IMG/VR virus record: IMGVR_UViG_3300010400_000023
Location: 1-59,330 of that record
Direction: 5' to 3' (one strand)
DNA from: a virus
Lineage: Duplodnaviria > Caudoviricetes
Length of the DNA stretch: 59,330 bases
Notes under the pieces: model-generated
The model's input: only the letters and a program-made list of their open reading frames with translations
Told to the model about the DNA's origin: nothing
The model's database searches: none
Program-made: the position numbers and the translations under genes
Shown: piece after piece, positions 37,747-48,039 of the stretch
Layout: the number at the start of each line of letters is the position of its first letter
How positions within the stretch are numbered: the stretch's first letter is position 1

Positions 37747-38048
37747 GGGATACCTTTCTCGAGGATCGCCTCAAGATCGTTGGCCAACTCTGGACTCCGG
37801 TCGCGCAGCGAGCCTTCGGCCACGCCGAGCGCGTTCTCTAGCTCGCGGATTCGGGCGACGAGCTTGATGGTGACGTTGGGGTTGTTCGCGTACCGGTGCT
37901 CGGTGAGCGCGTCAATCCATCGCTCGACGCTCCTAGCAGGCGGCAATCCGTTGCTGTTCGAGACGAACTCGGCGTGCGTCGAGATGAACTCGGCGTGCGC
38001 CGTGACTGCCGCTGTCGCCTTGCGCTCTAGCTCGTCGAGGTCGATCAC
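37743..38048 (-). CDS. Ead/Ea22-like protein
   Basis: IDLDELERKA.AA...ANNP.V..KLVARIRELE. Confidence 0.6.
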   Translation of the reverse strand: MIDLDELERKATAAVTAHAEFISTHAEFVSNSNGLPPARSVERWIDALTEHRYANNPNVTIKLVARIRELENALGVAEGSLRDRSPELANDLEAILEKGIP

Positions 38049-38052
38049 GGCT

Positions 38053-38562
38053 TCACCTTCCCACTGGCGATACGCAGTTCGCTTTCTCTGTGGTTGACGT
38101 AGGCGACGGCACGACTAGTCGAGTCGATGCTTTGGTCAACCAAGCGCGCTTGCGTTCAAACATCCCATCGGGGTCGCGGTTGGCGTGGTACGCGACCTGC
38201 GCGGCGTGCTCATTCCGCAACGCGACTTCGTGAGCGGCAGTCGCCCACGCCCACGCCAGCGCCGCTTTTGCGATCTCGAGGAGCACCGGCATGGCGTTGC
38301 GGGCGGCGCAGATGCCGGTAGCGTCGGCGTCGCTCGCGTCGGGCGATCCGCAGCAACCACATCCAGTGATTACGCTAGCGTCCTGCTGGACCGATGACAC
38401 GATGTGTCCTGTCATCCCGGTGGCTTCGCGAATCGCTTTGGGCTGATCAGTTGCGAGCGATCCATCCGGACGTGTGGCGAAGTACCACTCTCCGCGTAAC
38501 CACTTGCCAGGCGTCATCGCCTGCTCAAGCGCTGAGAGTTCGCTGATACTGATGTCACTCAT
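38053..38562 (-). CDS. Ead/Ea22-like hypothetical protein
   Basis: EL.ALE.AMTPGKW...DA..I.AARNAMP.LLE. Confidence 0.55.
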   Translation of the reverse strand: MSDISISELSALEQAMTPGKWLRGEWYFATRPDGSLATDQPKAIREATGMTGHIVSSVQQDASVITGCGCCGSPDASDADATGICAARNAMPVLLEIAKAALAWAWATAAHEVALRNEHAAQVAYHANRDPDGMFERKRAWLTKASTRLVVPSPTSTTEKANCVSPVGR

Positions 38563-39110
38563 ACCCGCACCGGCATCACGACGAAGCGAATCCCGTCGGT
38601 GTTCGTGAACATCATCGAGTCCAACGAACCGCCCCAAGCGGCAATCCGCACACCGTTTGTGCTGCCGGGTCGCGATGCTTGGTCGACCTCGTGGATGGCG
38701 TCCAGGTATCGCGGATTGAAACCATACCGCTCAGGCAGCTTGTCGGGCTTGCCCTGGGGCATCACCTGCTCGTAAGGTGGATAGGCCGATGCGTCGCGCT
38801 TGGGCACGGTCAGGATGACGCTAGGCGGGGCGACTGTCAGCACGACCTTAGCGTCGTCAGCGGCGATCTGGATCTCCTTGATAGCGACGCTCATCTCACG
38901 CTGCGCCGCCACTGCCGCAAGCAGATGCGAACGGTCGACGCCGAACGACGGGCCGCTGTAGTCGAGCGGAACACGCACGAGGCGATGGCCATCGCAGGCG
39001 ACGTATTCGCCAAGGGTGAACAGCACCATCGACAGGTGCGGCTTGTCCGTGTCTGGATACGCCCACTTGGCGACCGCGGCGAGAAGGTTGGTCTGGATGG
39101 AGATGGTCAT
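38559..39110 (-). CDS. DNA polymerase III beta-clamp-like protein (short)
   Basis: VACDGHRL, YPPYEQVMP, GFNPRYL, terminal VVMPVRV. Confidence 0.75.
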   Translation of the reverse strand: MTISIQTNLLAAVAKWAYPDTDKPHLSMVLFTLGEYVACDGHRLVRVPLDYSGPSFGVDRSHLLAAVAAQREMSVAIKEIQIAADDAKVVLTVAPPSVILTVPKRDASAYPPYEQVMPQGKPDKLPERYGFNPRYLDAIHEVDQASRPGSTNGVRIAAWGGSLDSMMFTNTDGIRFVVMPVRV

Positions 39111-39187
39111 AGAAAGTCCTGCTCGCACGGCTGCGAGCGCTGAAGGGAGGGAAGGCGCCCTGCGACGCCGTGTGAGCAGGGGAACGG

Positions 39188-39736
39188 TCAAAAAGGTATG
39201 TCTTTGTCCACGCCCGGCGCGTTCGGATGCGGCGGAGTCGTCGGCCGGCTCGGCGTGGTCGTCTGCCTCGGAGCCGCGGCGCGTGCCGCTCCGCCCATGC
39301 TGCGGATCGTGCCGCGCATCTGAGCCGCGAAGGCCTTGAGGTCGGCGCCGCCGAGAGCGTGCTTCGTCATGCGCTGTCCGCCGGGCTTGTTGACCCACTT
39401 CACCTTGAGTCGAGTCTCGTCGTTGTAGGTGTCCATGTCGCAGGACAGCTCGACGATCGATGGCAGTAGGCGCTCGGCGGCGGCCTGGTCCAATTCATCC
39501 AGCTCGGACAGGTCATCGCCGTACCAGCCGCAGTTCTTGAGGGCGTCTAGCGTGAATCCGGTGCTCTTGCCTTCGCCGAACGTTCCGGCGTAGGTGATGC
39601 GTTCACCATGAAATTCACCGTCAATGATCTCGAATGGGATGAAGACCTGGACGTTGCCGTCGCCGTCGGATCCGGCGCGACCGAAGTAGCAGCCAACGGC
39701 CTTGGCGTAGTAGCGGGCTTTGATTTCAGGTAGCAT
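39188..39736 (-). CDS. Putative single-stranded DNA-binding protein
   Basis: OB-like body (KVKWVN), acidic-aromatic tail DKDIPF, follows Sak4-like gene. Confidence 0.7.
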   Translation of the reverse strand: MLPEIKARYYAKAVGCYFGRAGSDGDGNVQVFIPFEIIDGEFHGERITYAGTFGEGKSTGFTLDALKNCGWYGDDLSELDELDQAAAERLLPSIVELSCDMDTYNDETRLKVKWVNKPGGQRMTKHALGGADLKAFAAQMRGTIRSMGGAARAAAPRQTTTPSRPTTPPHPNAPGVDKDIPF

Positions 39737-40814
39737 TTGCGGTCTCCTGTGTGGCAGTGACGGGTGAGGTTGCCTTGAGGCCAGCGAGCACTCGAGTCAG
39801 CGACCCGACGTCTCCCTTGGCGATGATGGCGTTGACTTCAGAGAACGAAGTGGCGCGACCGGCGGCCGTGACGAACCCGACCGAGCGATCTCCAGCGGTG
39901 ATCCGGTCGACCTCCGCGAGCACAGCCGAGATGAGCGACTCGACCGTCGCGTCGCGGGCCACGTCGCGAGCCTCCGCGAACGGTGCCCACGGGGACGCCA
40001 CGGCCAGCTCGACTTCGGCCGGCAGGGACAGCCGGGACTTGGCGTCCCACGCAGCCTCGCGGGCCAGGTGGATCAGGCGACGTCCGCTCGACCAGCCACG
40101 AGCGCGCGGAGCTTGCGCTGCGTCCCCTTGGAGCTTTGATGCCCCGCCGTCGAACCGCATGAATCCGACGACGTCACACCAGTCCTTGACCTGCGCTGCG
40201 GCGAGGTCGTGCATGCACAGCTGATAGCGGTCGAAGTCCTCGCCCTCGGGGTTTTTGAACGTCTTCACCCAGCTGTGTCCAATCAGGACGATCGACATGC
40301 CGCGCGACCTGAGGGCGTCGAGTCGGTTGAGCAGCTCGCGTACCGCGGTCAGCGCGACCTTGTAGCCCTTGCCGTAGCCGAACGCTTCGATGTTGGCCTT
40401 CGATGCGGCCTTGCAGACGTGTATATGGATGAGTGCTTCGAGAGAGTCGATGGTGTCGACCACGAGCGTCTGATACTCGTGCTGTGCGCTCATCAGGTCG
40501 TCGATGCCGGCGAGAACCTCGTCATAGTTGGCCGGTACGTGACCGCCATCTCCGTCGCGGAACGGGTAGCGCGCCACGTCCAGTTCCGGAGAGCCGCCCT
40601 CGATGTCGAAGAAGATCGGAGCGGGCGCATCCGCCGCGAGGCTGGATTTGCCGATGCCCTCCGGTCCGTAGAACAGATGCCGTAGTGGCACACGGAGCCG
40701 GCCGCGTTGCACGGCGCCAAGCCGTGATGCCTTCGGCTTGGCCGGCGTAGCAGCTGGCCGGATCGGAGTGGGTGTCGGCGCTGAGCCGACGGGTCTGGGT
40801 GTGGGAGTTGCCAT
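39726..40814 (-). CDS. AAA_24 / Sak4-like ATPase (recombination)
   Basis: FYGPEGIGKSS, DIEGG, LVVDTIDSLE, GYGKGY, LIGH, DWCD. Confidence 0.85.
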   Translation of the reverse strand: MATPTPRPVGSAPTPTPIRPAATPAKPKASRLGAVQRGRLRVPLRHLFYGPEGIGKSSLAADAPAPIFFDIEGGSPELDVARYPFRDGDGGHVPANYDEVLAGIDDLMSAQHEYQTLVVDTIDSLEALIHIHVCKAASKANIEAFGYGKGYKVALTAVRELLNRLDALRSRGMSIVLIGHSWVKTFKNPEGEDFDRYQLCMHDLAAAQVKDWCDVVGFMRFDGGASKLQGDAAQAPRARGWSSGRRLIHLAREAAWDAKSRLSLPAEVELAVASPWAPFAEARDVARDATVESLISAVLAEVDRITAGDRSVGFVTAAGRATSFSEVNAIIAKGDVGSLTRVLAGLKATSPVTATQETANAT

Positions 40815-40840
40815 TGTCGTTGAGCCTCTCTCGCTCTAGG

Positions 40841-41908
40841 TCAGGTCGCGGCGTCGAGCTCGGGATGAGCTGGGCCGCTGGTGAAGGTGTCAGCGGAGAC
40901 CGTGCCGTTGCAGAGCCCCCAGTAGCCGCACATCTCGCCACCGCGGACGCATGCGTCGGGGTTTCTCGGAATCAGCCCGGTCTCAACGCGGTCGATGTCG
41001 TCGCAGACGTCCTGACGCATCGCTGGTAGCTCGTGCTCGAGGCGCACGACCGTGCCGCGTTGCAGGAACGAGTCGGGGTTCTCGGCGATCGCCTCGATCA
41101 GCCGTGTCTCGAACTCGCCTGGCGTCTCGTCTTCAGGGCGCTGGTTCGCGTAGAGCTTCGGCTCCTCTTTCCAGCCGGTGCCTCCGCACTCGTGGCAGTT
41201 CGGACAGTGCTGCGTGCCATCGGGCATCTGCGTGATCGCGTGCCCACGGCCGCGGAGGATGCCGACCTTGCCACCGGCGCTTCCGCCGCAAGCCTTGCAT
41301 CCCTTGCCCTGGGTGTACTTGCGACTCTCGGCGGGCGTCGCCTGCAACACCTCATGCGCCGGCCGCTTGAGCACGTCGTAGATGCAGCCGCTGACCTGGT
41401 AGCCGAGGATTGCCGCGCCATCGATGTAGATGCTCACCTGCGAGTCGAGTGTCAAGCGCTCCCAATACACGCCGCCAATCGAGGTGTCGGAGCCGGTCGT
41501 CTTGTGCTCGATTACCCAGACGCGTCCGTCCTTGCGGTCACGGATGATTGCGTCGATCTTGCCGCCGATGAGGCGGTCGCCGAGCATGAACCGGAACTCG
41601 ACCTCGACGGCCAGCACTTCCCAGTCCTCAGCGCCCCACCGGTGATGGTACGCCGTGGCGAGAACGCGTAGCTTGATGGTGTCGACGTGGGATAGTCCGG
41701 TGATAGCGTCGAGCGCGGCGTCGAGACGGGCAGTAGTGTAACCATCCATCCACGCTCGATACCAAGCCTCAAGGGCCTTGTGTCCGACCGTGCCAAAGCG
41801 CATGCGGTCGTTCGCGTCGAGCTGCAGCCCGAGGTTATACCGGTAGTGATGTTGCCGCAGACAGCTGCGGATCACGCGGAGTCTCGAGGGTGTGTACAAA
41901 TTACTCAC
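40841..41908 (-). CDS. PD-(D/E)XK exonuclease with Zn-finger insertion
   Basis: FGTVGH.ALE, E.EF, GKID, IEHKT, Q..IY; CKACGG and CHECGGTG insert. Confidence 0.85.
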   Translation of the reverse strand: MSNLYTPSRLRVIRSCLRQHHYRYNLGLQLDANDRMRFGTVGHKALEAWYRAWMDGYTTARLDAALDAITGLSHVDTIKLRVLATAYHHRWGAEDWEVLAVEVEFRFMLGDRLIGGKIDAIIRDRKDGRVWVIEHKTTGSDTSIGGVYWERLTLDSQVSIYIDGAAILGYQVSGCIYDVLKRPAHEVLQATPAESRKYTQGKGCKACGGSAGGKVGILRGRGHAITQMPDGTQHCPNCHECGGTGWKEEPKLYANQRPEDETPGEFETRLIEAIAENPDSFLQRGTVVRLEHELPAMRQDVCDDIDRVETGLIPRNPDACVRGGEMCGYWGLCNGTVSADTFTSGPAHPELDAAT

Positions 41909-42383
41909 CCGACAACTCCAAGATAAGTGTGTCAATCGCGTTCGCACCGCTGCGCTTGGATGCGACAGCTCTGCATGTATCAATTCTAACTCCGAACGCA
42001 TTCGCGATTCCGGACTTCTGTCCACTGCGATCCGCAGCACGGATCCACATCTGACGCATGAGGATCACGTCCAATGACGAAAGCTTAGTGCTTCTTGTTT
42101 TCCTTGCTTGCTGTCCATGTGTCGCCCATCGGCAATTGCCCGGCTCGTAGTTTCCGTTGTTGTCAATGCGGTCAAGCGTCTTGCCGGCCGGTCTAGCCCC
42201 CATGTCGGCGAGGAAGTTCTCGAAAATGAGCCAATCCCTGCATAGCAGGATTCCTCGTCCTCCGTAGTCCTTGTATCGCAAGGCGTTTGGATTAACGCAT
42301 CTAGTCTTCATCGCATACCATGACCGGTATGTCGGAGACGGCTTCCTGTACGGACAATGTCCATGCTTGATTGTGGTGAACAT
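41901..42383 (-). CDS. HNH endonuclease
   Basis: W.AMK.RC.NP...Y..YGGRGI...F.NFLADMG.RP...TLDRIDNNGNYEPGNCRWAT. Confidence 0.88.
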   Translation of the reverse strand: MFTTIKHGHCPYRKPSPTYRSWYAMKTRCVNPNALRYKDYGGRGILLCRDWLIFENFLADMGARPAGKTLDRIDNNGNYEPGNCRWATHGQQARKTRSTKLSSLDVILMRQMWIRAADRSGQKSGIANAFGVRIDTCRAVASKRSGANAIDTLILELSGE

Positions 42384-42409
42384 TTTCGTTTCCTTCGTCT
42401 GTCTCGTCT

Positions 42410-42485
42410 CGGTGCCCCTGCCTGAATCGCACAGGCCTCTCCGTCATGTCGTGCCCAACCCGACGGAGATGAGCTATCAGGGGCA
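42410..42485 (-). ncRNA. Degenerate tRNA-like element
   Basis: 7-bp acceptor-like stem, TAGCTCA, 8-bp central stem, 5-bp/7-nt T-arm-like hairpin. Confidence 0.5.
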
Positions 42486-42520
42486 GGTGCTGGTCAGCGG
42501 CTGACCAGCGGAATAGCCGT

Positions 42521-43051
42521 CTACCACTTGGGCTCACTGAGGTCACGCATGTACTTGGGCTCGGTGCGCACGCGCCGAGCGATCTGCGGCGCGCCCGGGG
42601 TCGGCGGGACACCACTGTCGGCGCGCACCAGACCAGCATGCTCGATGAGCGGCGTGCTGCGCTTCGCGGCGGTCTTCGACTTCGAGCGACGCTTCTTACG
42701 GTCGTACTGGCGCAACGATTCGAGCTTCTGTGACTTCGGAATCGGAGCGAGCCGGTACTCGCCAGGCGCCATCACCCCAGCGCGATCGAACGAGACGATC
42801 TCCGTGCGCGCGTCTGCGGGGAGCGCGTACCGGACCATGCGATCCGGATACTCGAGGAAGGCCATCGAGCGGAAGAAGTACGCGGCAACTACGCCGGGCT
42901 CATGTTGGGCCGCTCGCGCGAACGCGCAGCACTTGCTGTTCTTGGCCTTGGCCTTCTTGATGTCGTCAACCGCGACGCCGATGATGATCGGAGCGGTTGC
43001 GTCTACAACGGGGATCCTCTTCTGTCTGGCGATGTCGTGTACGTAGCTCAT
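42521..43051 (-). CDS. Hypothetical protein
   Basis: GAGG RBS; CAFARA, EIVSFDR; basic tail. Confidence 0.65.
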   Translation of the reverse strand: MSYVHDIARQKRIPVVDATAPIIIGVAVDDIKKAKAKNSKCCAFARAAQHEPGVVAAYFFRSMAFLEYPDRMVRYALPADARTEIVSFDRAGVMAPGEYRLAPIPKSQKLESLRQYDRKKRRSKSKTAAKRSTPLIEHAGLVRADSGVPPTPGAPQIARRVRTEPKYMRDLSEPKW

Positions 43052-46000
43052 TTGTTGTTCCTCATCTTGTGCTTGTGCTTGAGCCATTCCGTGTTGAGTC
43101 TCTGGCGCTCTCGCGCCTCGGCGTCGATACGCCGGAACATCTGGCGGCGGGCGTAGCGGTGTCGCAGCGAGCGGATCGCGAGGCCGATGATCAGGCCGAT
43201 GACGAATCCGATGAACGTCATGGCGTCCTCCGGTGAGCGGCGATCAGTCGCTCGATGATCTCGCAGCTGTACGCGGACGTCGCGCGGTAGTCGAGGATGT
43301 GGTGCTGGAGCTGGCGGACTTCGTCGTCGTTGAGCGTGAGTGCGGGCGTGCCAGCGAGGAGGCGGTCGATGAGCGCTAGCGCTACGAGTCGCATCGGCTC
43401 GACGCGGTAGGCGATCGACCCCATCAGCCCGCGGAGCCATGTGAGCGCAGCGCGGTCTGACTCAGATGGAGGTACTGACGTGGCCAACTGCTCCGCGGCG
43501 CGGGTAGCGATTTCCGCTGCGACATCGAAAGAGCGCAGTTCCTTGAATTCCGGGTGGTCGAGCACGGCCCATGCGGCATCTGTTACGACGTGACGCACCC
43601 GCTCCTTGTCAGCGGCGATGGCGGAGCGGTGAGCGAGTAGCTCCTCCGCCATCTCGCCGCAGAACCCCTGCAAGTCCTCGTGAGCGCCGAAGCGCAGCTG
43701 TTCGTCGGTGAGTTCGCATCGAGCCATCACACGACTCCCTTCATGCGCTTGCGCAGTTCTCGGATCACAGATTCCGAGTTGATCAAGCATCCGCCTATGT
43801 CCCACTCCGACATCTCCACCGCCCACTCCTCGAGTCGTTTCATCGTGTCGCGGTGGACGCGGATCTCGGCTACCATCGCCCTGGTGGAGTGCACCGTGGC
43901 GCCGAGCCCGCCGCGCGTGACATGCTCAATTGTGTCGAGCATTTCCTCGCTGAGCCTCTCCATCACGCCACCCTCCGTCCGCACCCGCACATGACTTCCG
44001 ACGGCCCCAGCACACAGACGTAGTCACCGGTTTCCCAGTCTCCACCCTCCGACACATGCCACTGACGCTCACCGTTGTTCACGAGCGTCGGCGCCCCGAG
44101 CCCCAGCATGACCGCGACGTCGGTCGCCGCGCTGACCGACGAGCACACCAGCCTCGCGTTGTAGTGGCCGCCCGGTCGGACCGCGACGCTGACATCCGAC
44201 ACGCCGATGGCGCGGACCATCTCAACCCAAGCGGGCACCGGATCGCCGCGCAACGCCTGTGCGGCGTTGGCGGCGGCAGCGCGCGATACGAGGTCGACGT
44301 TGCACGACGGTGCGACTTGCTCGAGGGCAGCGCGGACGGAGGCGGCGATGATGGCGGTGATGGTGGTCATGCCGCCCTCCGTCGGTGCTTTGCCGTTGGC
44401 TCGTCGTTCACCCGACGCGGCGCTGCGGCGGCTTCCGTTTGCATCATCCGCATCAGCACGTCTTCGAGGTCGGCGATCTGTCGATCGCGGTGGGCGATTA
44501 CAGCCTGCAGTTCAGAGATGTAGACGTCACGCTCCCTGTTTGACGCTGTCGCCTTGTCGAGGGCGCGACGCAGCTCGACGACCTGATCGGTCGTGAGCTT
44601 TCGTGCCTCGTGGCGCTCGCGGTCGAGGTCAGTCACGAGTACACCTCGACGACGTACTCGCCGTCGTCCGCCCATCTGTCGAGTAGGGCGAGCTGGTCGG
44701 CGACGGTCTGGCGGATCGCCTCGTTGGCGTCCGACAGTAGCGCGCGCATGCGCGTGAACTCCGCGCGGTCGAGAGCGTGCTGCTGGGTGAGATCGGAGGC
44801 CAGCTGATGTGCCGCCTGCAGTTCGTGCTGCAGGTCGGCGAGGTCTTGCCGGGCTTGCTCGAGTAGCCGAGCCGTGACCTCATGGGCCTGGCGCTCGACC
44901 TCGAGATCGGCTTCGGCGCCGATGTCGGGGAGCGCCGGGCGACGGGGGTCGAGCCGGAGGCCGATCAGTGTGTTGTTGTCGGTCAGGATCATGGGTGTTC
45001 CGGGATGTCGGCCGTGAGGGCCTCGATCAGCTGGGGCATGGAGATCTGGTGTTTGCGGCAGTACGCCGCGAGGCGGGCGTAGGTTGCGCCGCTGATGGAG
45101 ATGGAGCGTGGTGGATTGCGCGGCATCAGACGTCTCCGGCATGCGGCCGTTTGTGGGCTCGGCGGTAACGGCCGACGAGATAGGCCGCGATGGTGATTGC
45201 GAGCCAGAGGAGGGTGAGGCGGTACATCAGCGGGCTTTCTTAACGCGAGCGGCGCGCCACAGGTCACAGGCCTCGTCCAGGTCGCCGGGTGTTACTCGTT
45301 CTGCGAGGAAGCGTGCGGCCGTCAGTCGCAGATGCTTCGCGGCCTCGCGTGCGTCGGATTCGGGATAGTACGGGACCGCTGGCCCACCGGTGGTCGACCG
45401 GCCTCGGTTGTTGGGCGCTGACCTGGCGAGCGCTCGGAGGAACGCCTTGGATGCTGGACGTGGCATCGCCCTACTCCTCTCCCCGCTCACGGCGGAGGCG
45501 GAGCAACTCGAGCCCGTACTCGGTCGGCACGATGTACATGTCGGTCCACTCGCATGGACGCGAGTCGTGCACGCTCCGGGTGCCGCTGCTCTGGCGGACC
45601 TCTCGATATGTCGCCGCTCCACCCTCGACGAGTTCGCCGGGCTCCGAATCAGCGACCAGGCCAACGTACGCTCCACCTTCGGTGTCACGTGCGTCACTGA
45701 GCCACCGGGCCTGTCGCTGCGTCAGAGAGTACAGCCTGCCGGGCTTCGGTTGTTCTACGCGTACCTTGCGCTTGCCCACGACTACCTCCCTTCCTTGGCA
45801 CGGTCATGGGTTGGGCAACTTCCCTGCGTTCCGTTGCATGGCCATCCATTCTGCAGCGGTCCAGCGCAGCTCTTTACTCCCTTGGCACGGCAAGCGTCGT
45901 CTTCCAGTTTCTCGGCCATCGCTTCAAGCCGGTCAGCGTCGGCCACCAATACAGCGATGCTCTCAGCGTCGTTGGCCTTGTCGGCGCGATATACGTCAGC

Positions 46001-47130
46001 CGACCGGTATAGCGCGCCGATCACGGTGTCGACGAGATCGAACGGTATCTCGAGAGTCACGGTACCCATGGCTACCTCCCTCCGCCACGGCGGGCGTTGA
46101 TGGCGGCGGCGACCTTCTCGCGCGCCACCGCCACCGCGGCGTCAGATGCGCGGTAACCGATCGCCCCGCGAGCGATGCGGCACTGGTACGTGAGCGGCAT
46201 GTCGGTGCCGTTGATCTCGAGTTCGAGGGCTTCGATCTGCTCGTTCGTCACCATCACGCGCCCCTCGCCGCGCGGTACTCAGCGACCCATGCGGTCGCTT
46301 CGTCCTCGAGGTTCACGTACGGCAGCTTGATCGTCGTCGTCCGGCTCCTCGACGTCCACGGACGGTAGTCGACGTACGTCGGTAGGTCGTCGAAGTCGGT
46401 GACGTCTTCCTGGCGAGCCGCAGCGAGCACGCCCAGGACGAGCCCCTCGTCCGAGTCGCCTGCCAGGACGCTGTCGCACATGTCTTCGAGCTCCGTGTGG
46501 CCGAACTCGGCGGCGAAGCAGGCGATGTGCTCGATGAGCTGGGCGTTGATCATGACAGCCCTCCGTACGCGTGGACCTTGGCGGCCGATTCGGCAGCGCG
46601 CATCCTGTCGCTCATCTCGACAAGGAGGACGTCGCGCTCGATGCCGGAGCTGAACTGCCGGCAGCGAGCCGCGTCTCCGTAGCAGTAGACGGTTCGGTGG
46701 CGGCGCCCGATGACGGCGTGGGTAGACGAGTCAATCTCGCGCAGAGCCTGAGCCAGTAGGCGGCGCTTGATCTCGCGCGCCACGACGCGATGGATCGCTG
46801 CGTGGCTCACGAGCACACCGCCCTGCGGCCCTCGGTGGCCTGGATGCCGGTGTAGCGGGCGATGGCCGCGTCGAGCCGGCGCGCGCACGCCACGGCTTCG
46901 TGGCCGGCGTCTTTCGCGCGGTCCGCGACGAATGCGACCGCGTCAGCCGACGCGCTGGTCAGCTCGAGTTCGGTGGCGAGTTCGGCCGCGATGTCCGCGA
47001 GCTCTCTCGCGCACGCCGCCCATGCCGTAGGCGTGACACCGTCGCAGGTGTGGAGGTCGTTGTAGACGAGGAGCGCCGCAGCGCGGCGGGCGAGAAGAGC
47101 CGTCGAGACGCGAGGAGTTGGGCTGGGCAT
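43048..47130 (-). other. Cluster of small leftward early genes, including an RHH-like gene at 44989-45126
   Basis: Chain of stop/start-coupled ORFs starting at 47130; RSISIS..TY.RL..YC....ISM.QLIE. Confidence 0.6.
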
Positions 47131-47133
47131 GAA

Positions 47134-47189
47134 TCCACTCTAAGTGGACTAGCCCGATCGCGCAAGGCCGAAAATCTACTTTTCGTGAA
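47134..47189 (-). promoter_or_regulatory. PL/OL: promoter TTGCGC-N17-TAGAGT with operators at 47134-47148 and 47175-47189
   Basis: TCCAC-tctaa-GTGGA perfect; TCTAC-ttttc-GTGAA imperfect; -35 47160-47165, -10 47137-47142. Confidence 0.75.
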
Positions 47190-47328
47190 CTACGCGCAAC
47201 AACAGGGTGATCAGTGCCTCGTACGCGGCCGGATCAACCTTTGCCAGCGTCTCCAGCAGCTCCACGAACTTCTCATCACGTTCGCAGGCCGGTACTACTA
47301 GCCCGCCGCATTTCGCAGCGATCGCCAT
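47176..47328 (-). CDS. 50-aa protein downstream of repressor (not in ORF track)
   Basis: MAIAAKCGGLVVPACERDEKFVELLETLAKVDPAAYEALITLLLRVVHEK; AAGGG upstream. Confidence 0.45.
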   Translation of the reverse strand: MAIAAKCGGLVVPACERDEKFVELLETLAKVDPAAYEALITLLLRVVHEK

Positions 47329-47351
47329 CTGACCCTTGTATCAGGTTTGTG

Positions 47352-47723
47352 TCAGCGCTTCAAAGCCGCTGACAGAAAAGCTATTACGCCATCCTTGAGG
47401 TCGTCCCCGGCATGGCGCACAAGCTCCATGATTCGGCCATCTTTCGTATCGGTTACGGCTGGGTTAGCGACGAGCGGCGGAGGCAAGTCGAGGAGTTCGC
47501 AGATGGTCGGAACGTCCGCCGATCCCGTCTGGACCATATTCCCCTCGCTGTCCACCGCGAACATCTTGTAGCCGGCGCTCCTCGATATCCCGATCTGTTC
47601 GGCGAGCCACGGGATGTCCTTGCCGCGCTTCTCTAATTCGGCCAGCACCAGGGCCTTCCACTCCGGAGTCATCTCCCGCACCGGCCCCTTTGGGTTGTCT
47701 CCGTCATGTCTTGGATCAGCCAC
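47352..47723 (-). CDS. CI-like HTH repressor (start 47723 GTG or 47672 ATG)
   Basis: WLAEQIGISRSAGYKM HTH; divergent from Cro-like gene. Confidence 0.75.
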   Translation of the reverse strand: MADPRHDGDNPKGPVREMTPEWKALVLAELEKRGKDIPWLAEQIGISRSAGYKMFAVDSEGNMVQTGSADVPTICELLDLPPPLVANPAVTDTKDGRIMELVRHAGDDLKDGVIAFLSAALKR

Positions 47724-47750
47724 GGAAAGTCTCGTTATCACAAAGCTTGA

Positions 47751-47800
47751 TCCACTTCCTGTGGAATGGAGTTGACGATATCGTCCACAATAAGTAGAAC
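47751..47800 (+). promoter_or_regulatory. PR/OR: promoter TTGACG-N17-TAGAAC with operators at 47751-47765 and 47784-47798
   Basis: TCCAC-ttcct-GTGGA and TCCAC-aataa-GTAGA; -35 47772-47777, -10 47795-47800. Confidence 0.8.
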
Positions 47801-47806
47801 AGGTGT

Positions 47807-48034
47807 ATGGCTGCACACAGGAAGCGAGGCCCCGAGCCAGGAACGTTCGGATGGCGCCTACGCGAAGCTCGCCAGCGAGCAGGACTGAGCGCCCCGAAGG
47901 TCGCTCGACGGGCCGGGGCCAAGATCAGCACGTATTACTCTTGGGAGTCGGGCGATCGGATGCCGCGCGACATCGTCAAGCTGGCCAAGGCGGCGAAAAC
48001 GACAGTAGGCGCGCTGTTCGGGGAGGCATCATGA
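47807..48034 (+). CDS. Cro-like XRE HTH regulator
   Basis: FG.RLREARQRAGLS...VA..AG...STY..WESG.R.P. Confidence 0.88.
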   Translation: MAAHRKRGPEPGTFGWRLREARQRAGLSAPKVARRAGAKISTYYSWESGDRMPRDIVKLAKAAKTTVGALFGEAS

Positions 48035-48039
48035 CCGCC

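Noticed and set aside
37960-38001. 21-nt tandem repeat (HAEFIST/HAEFVS)
   Set aside because: Simple in-frame slippage duplication with no sign of function
39118-39180. Long hairpin between SSB-like and clamp-like genes as a terminator
   Set aside because: No U-tract; might be a processing site but is unsupported
42410-42485. Canonical tRNA or tmRNA
   Set aside because: No D stem, 16-nt central loop, TGCG rather than TTCG T-loop, no tag ORF; kept only as tRNA-like
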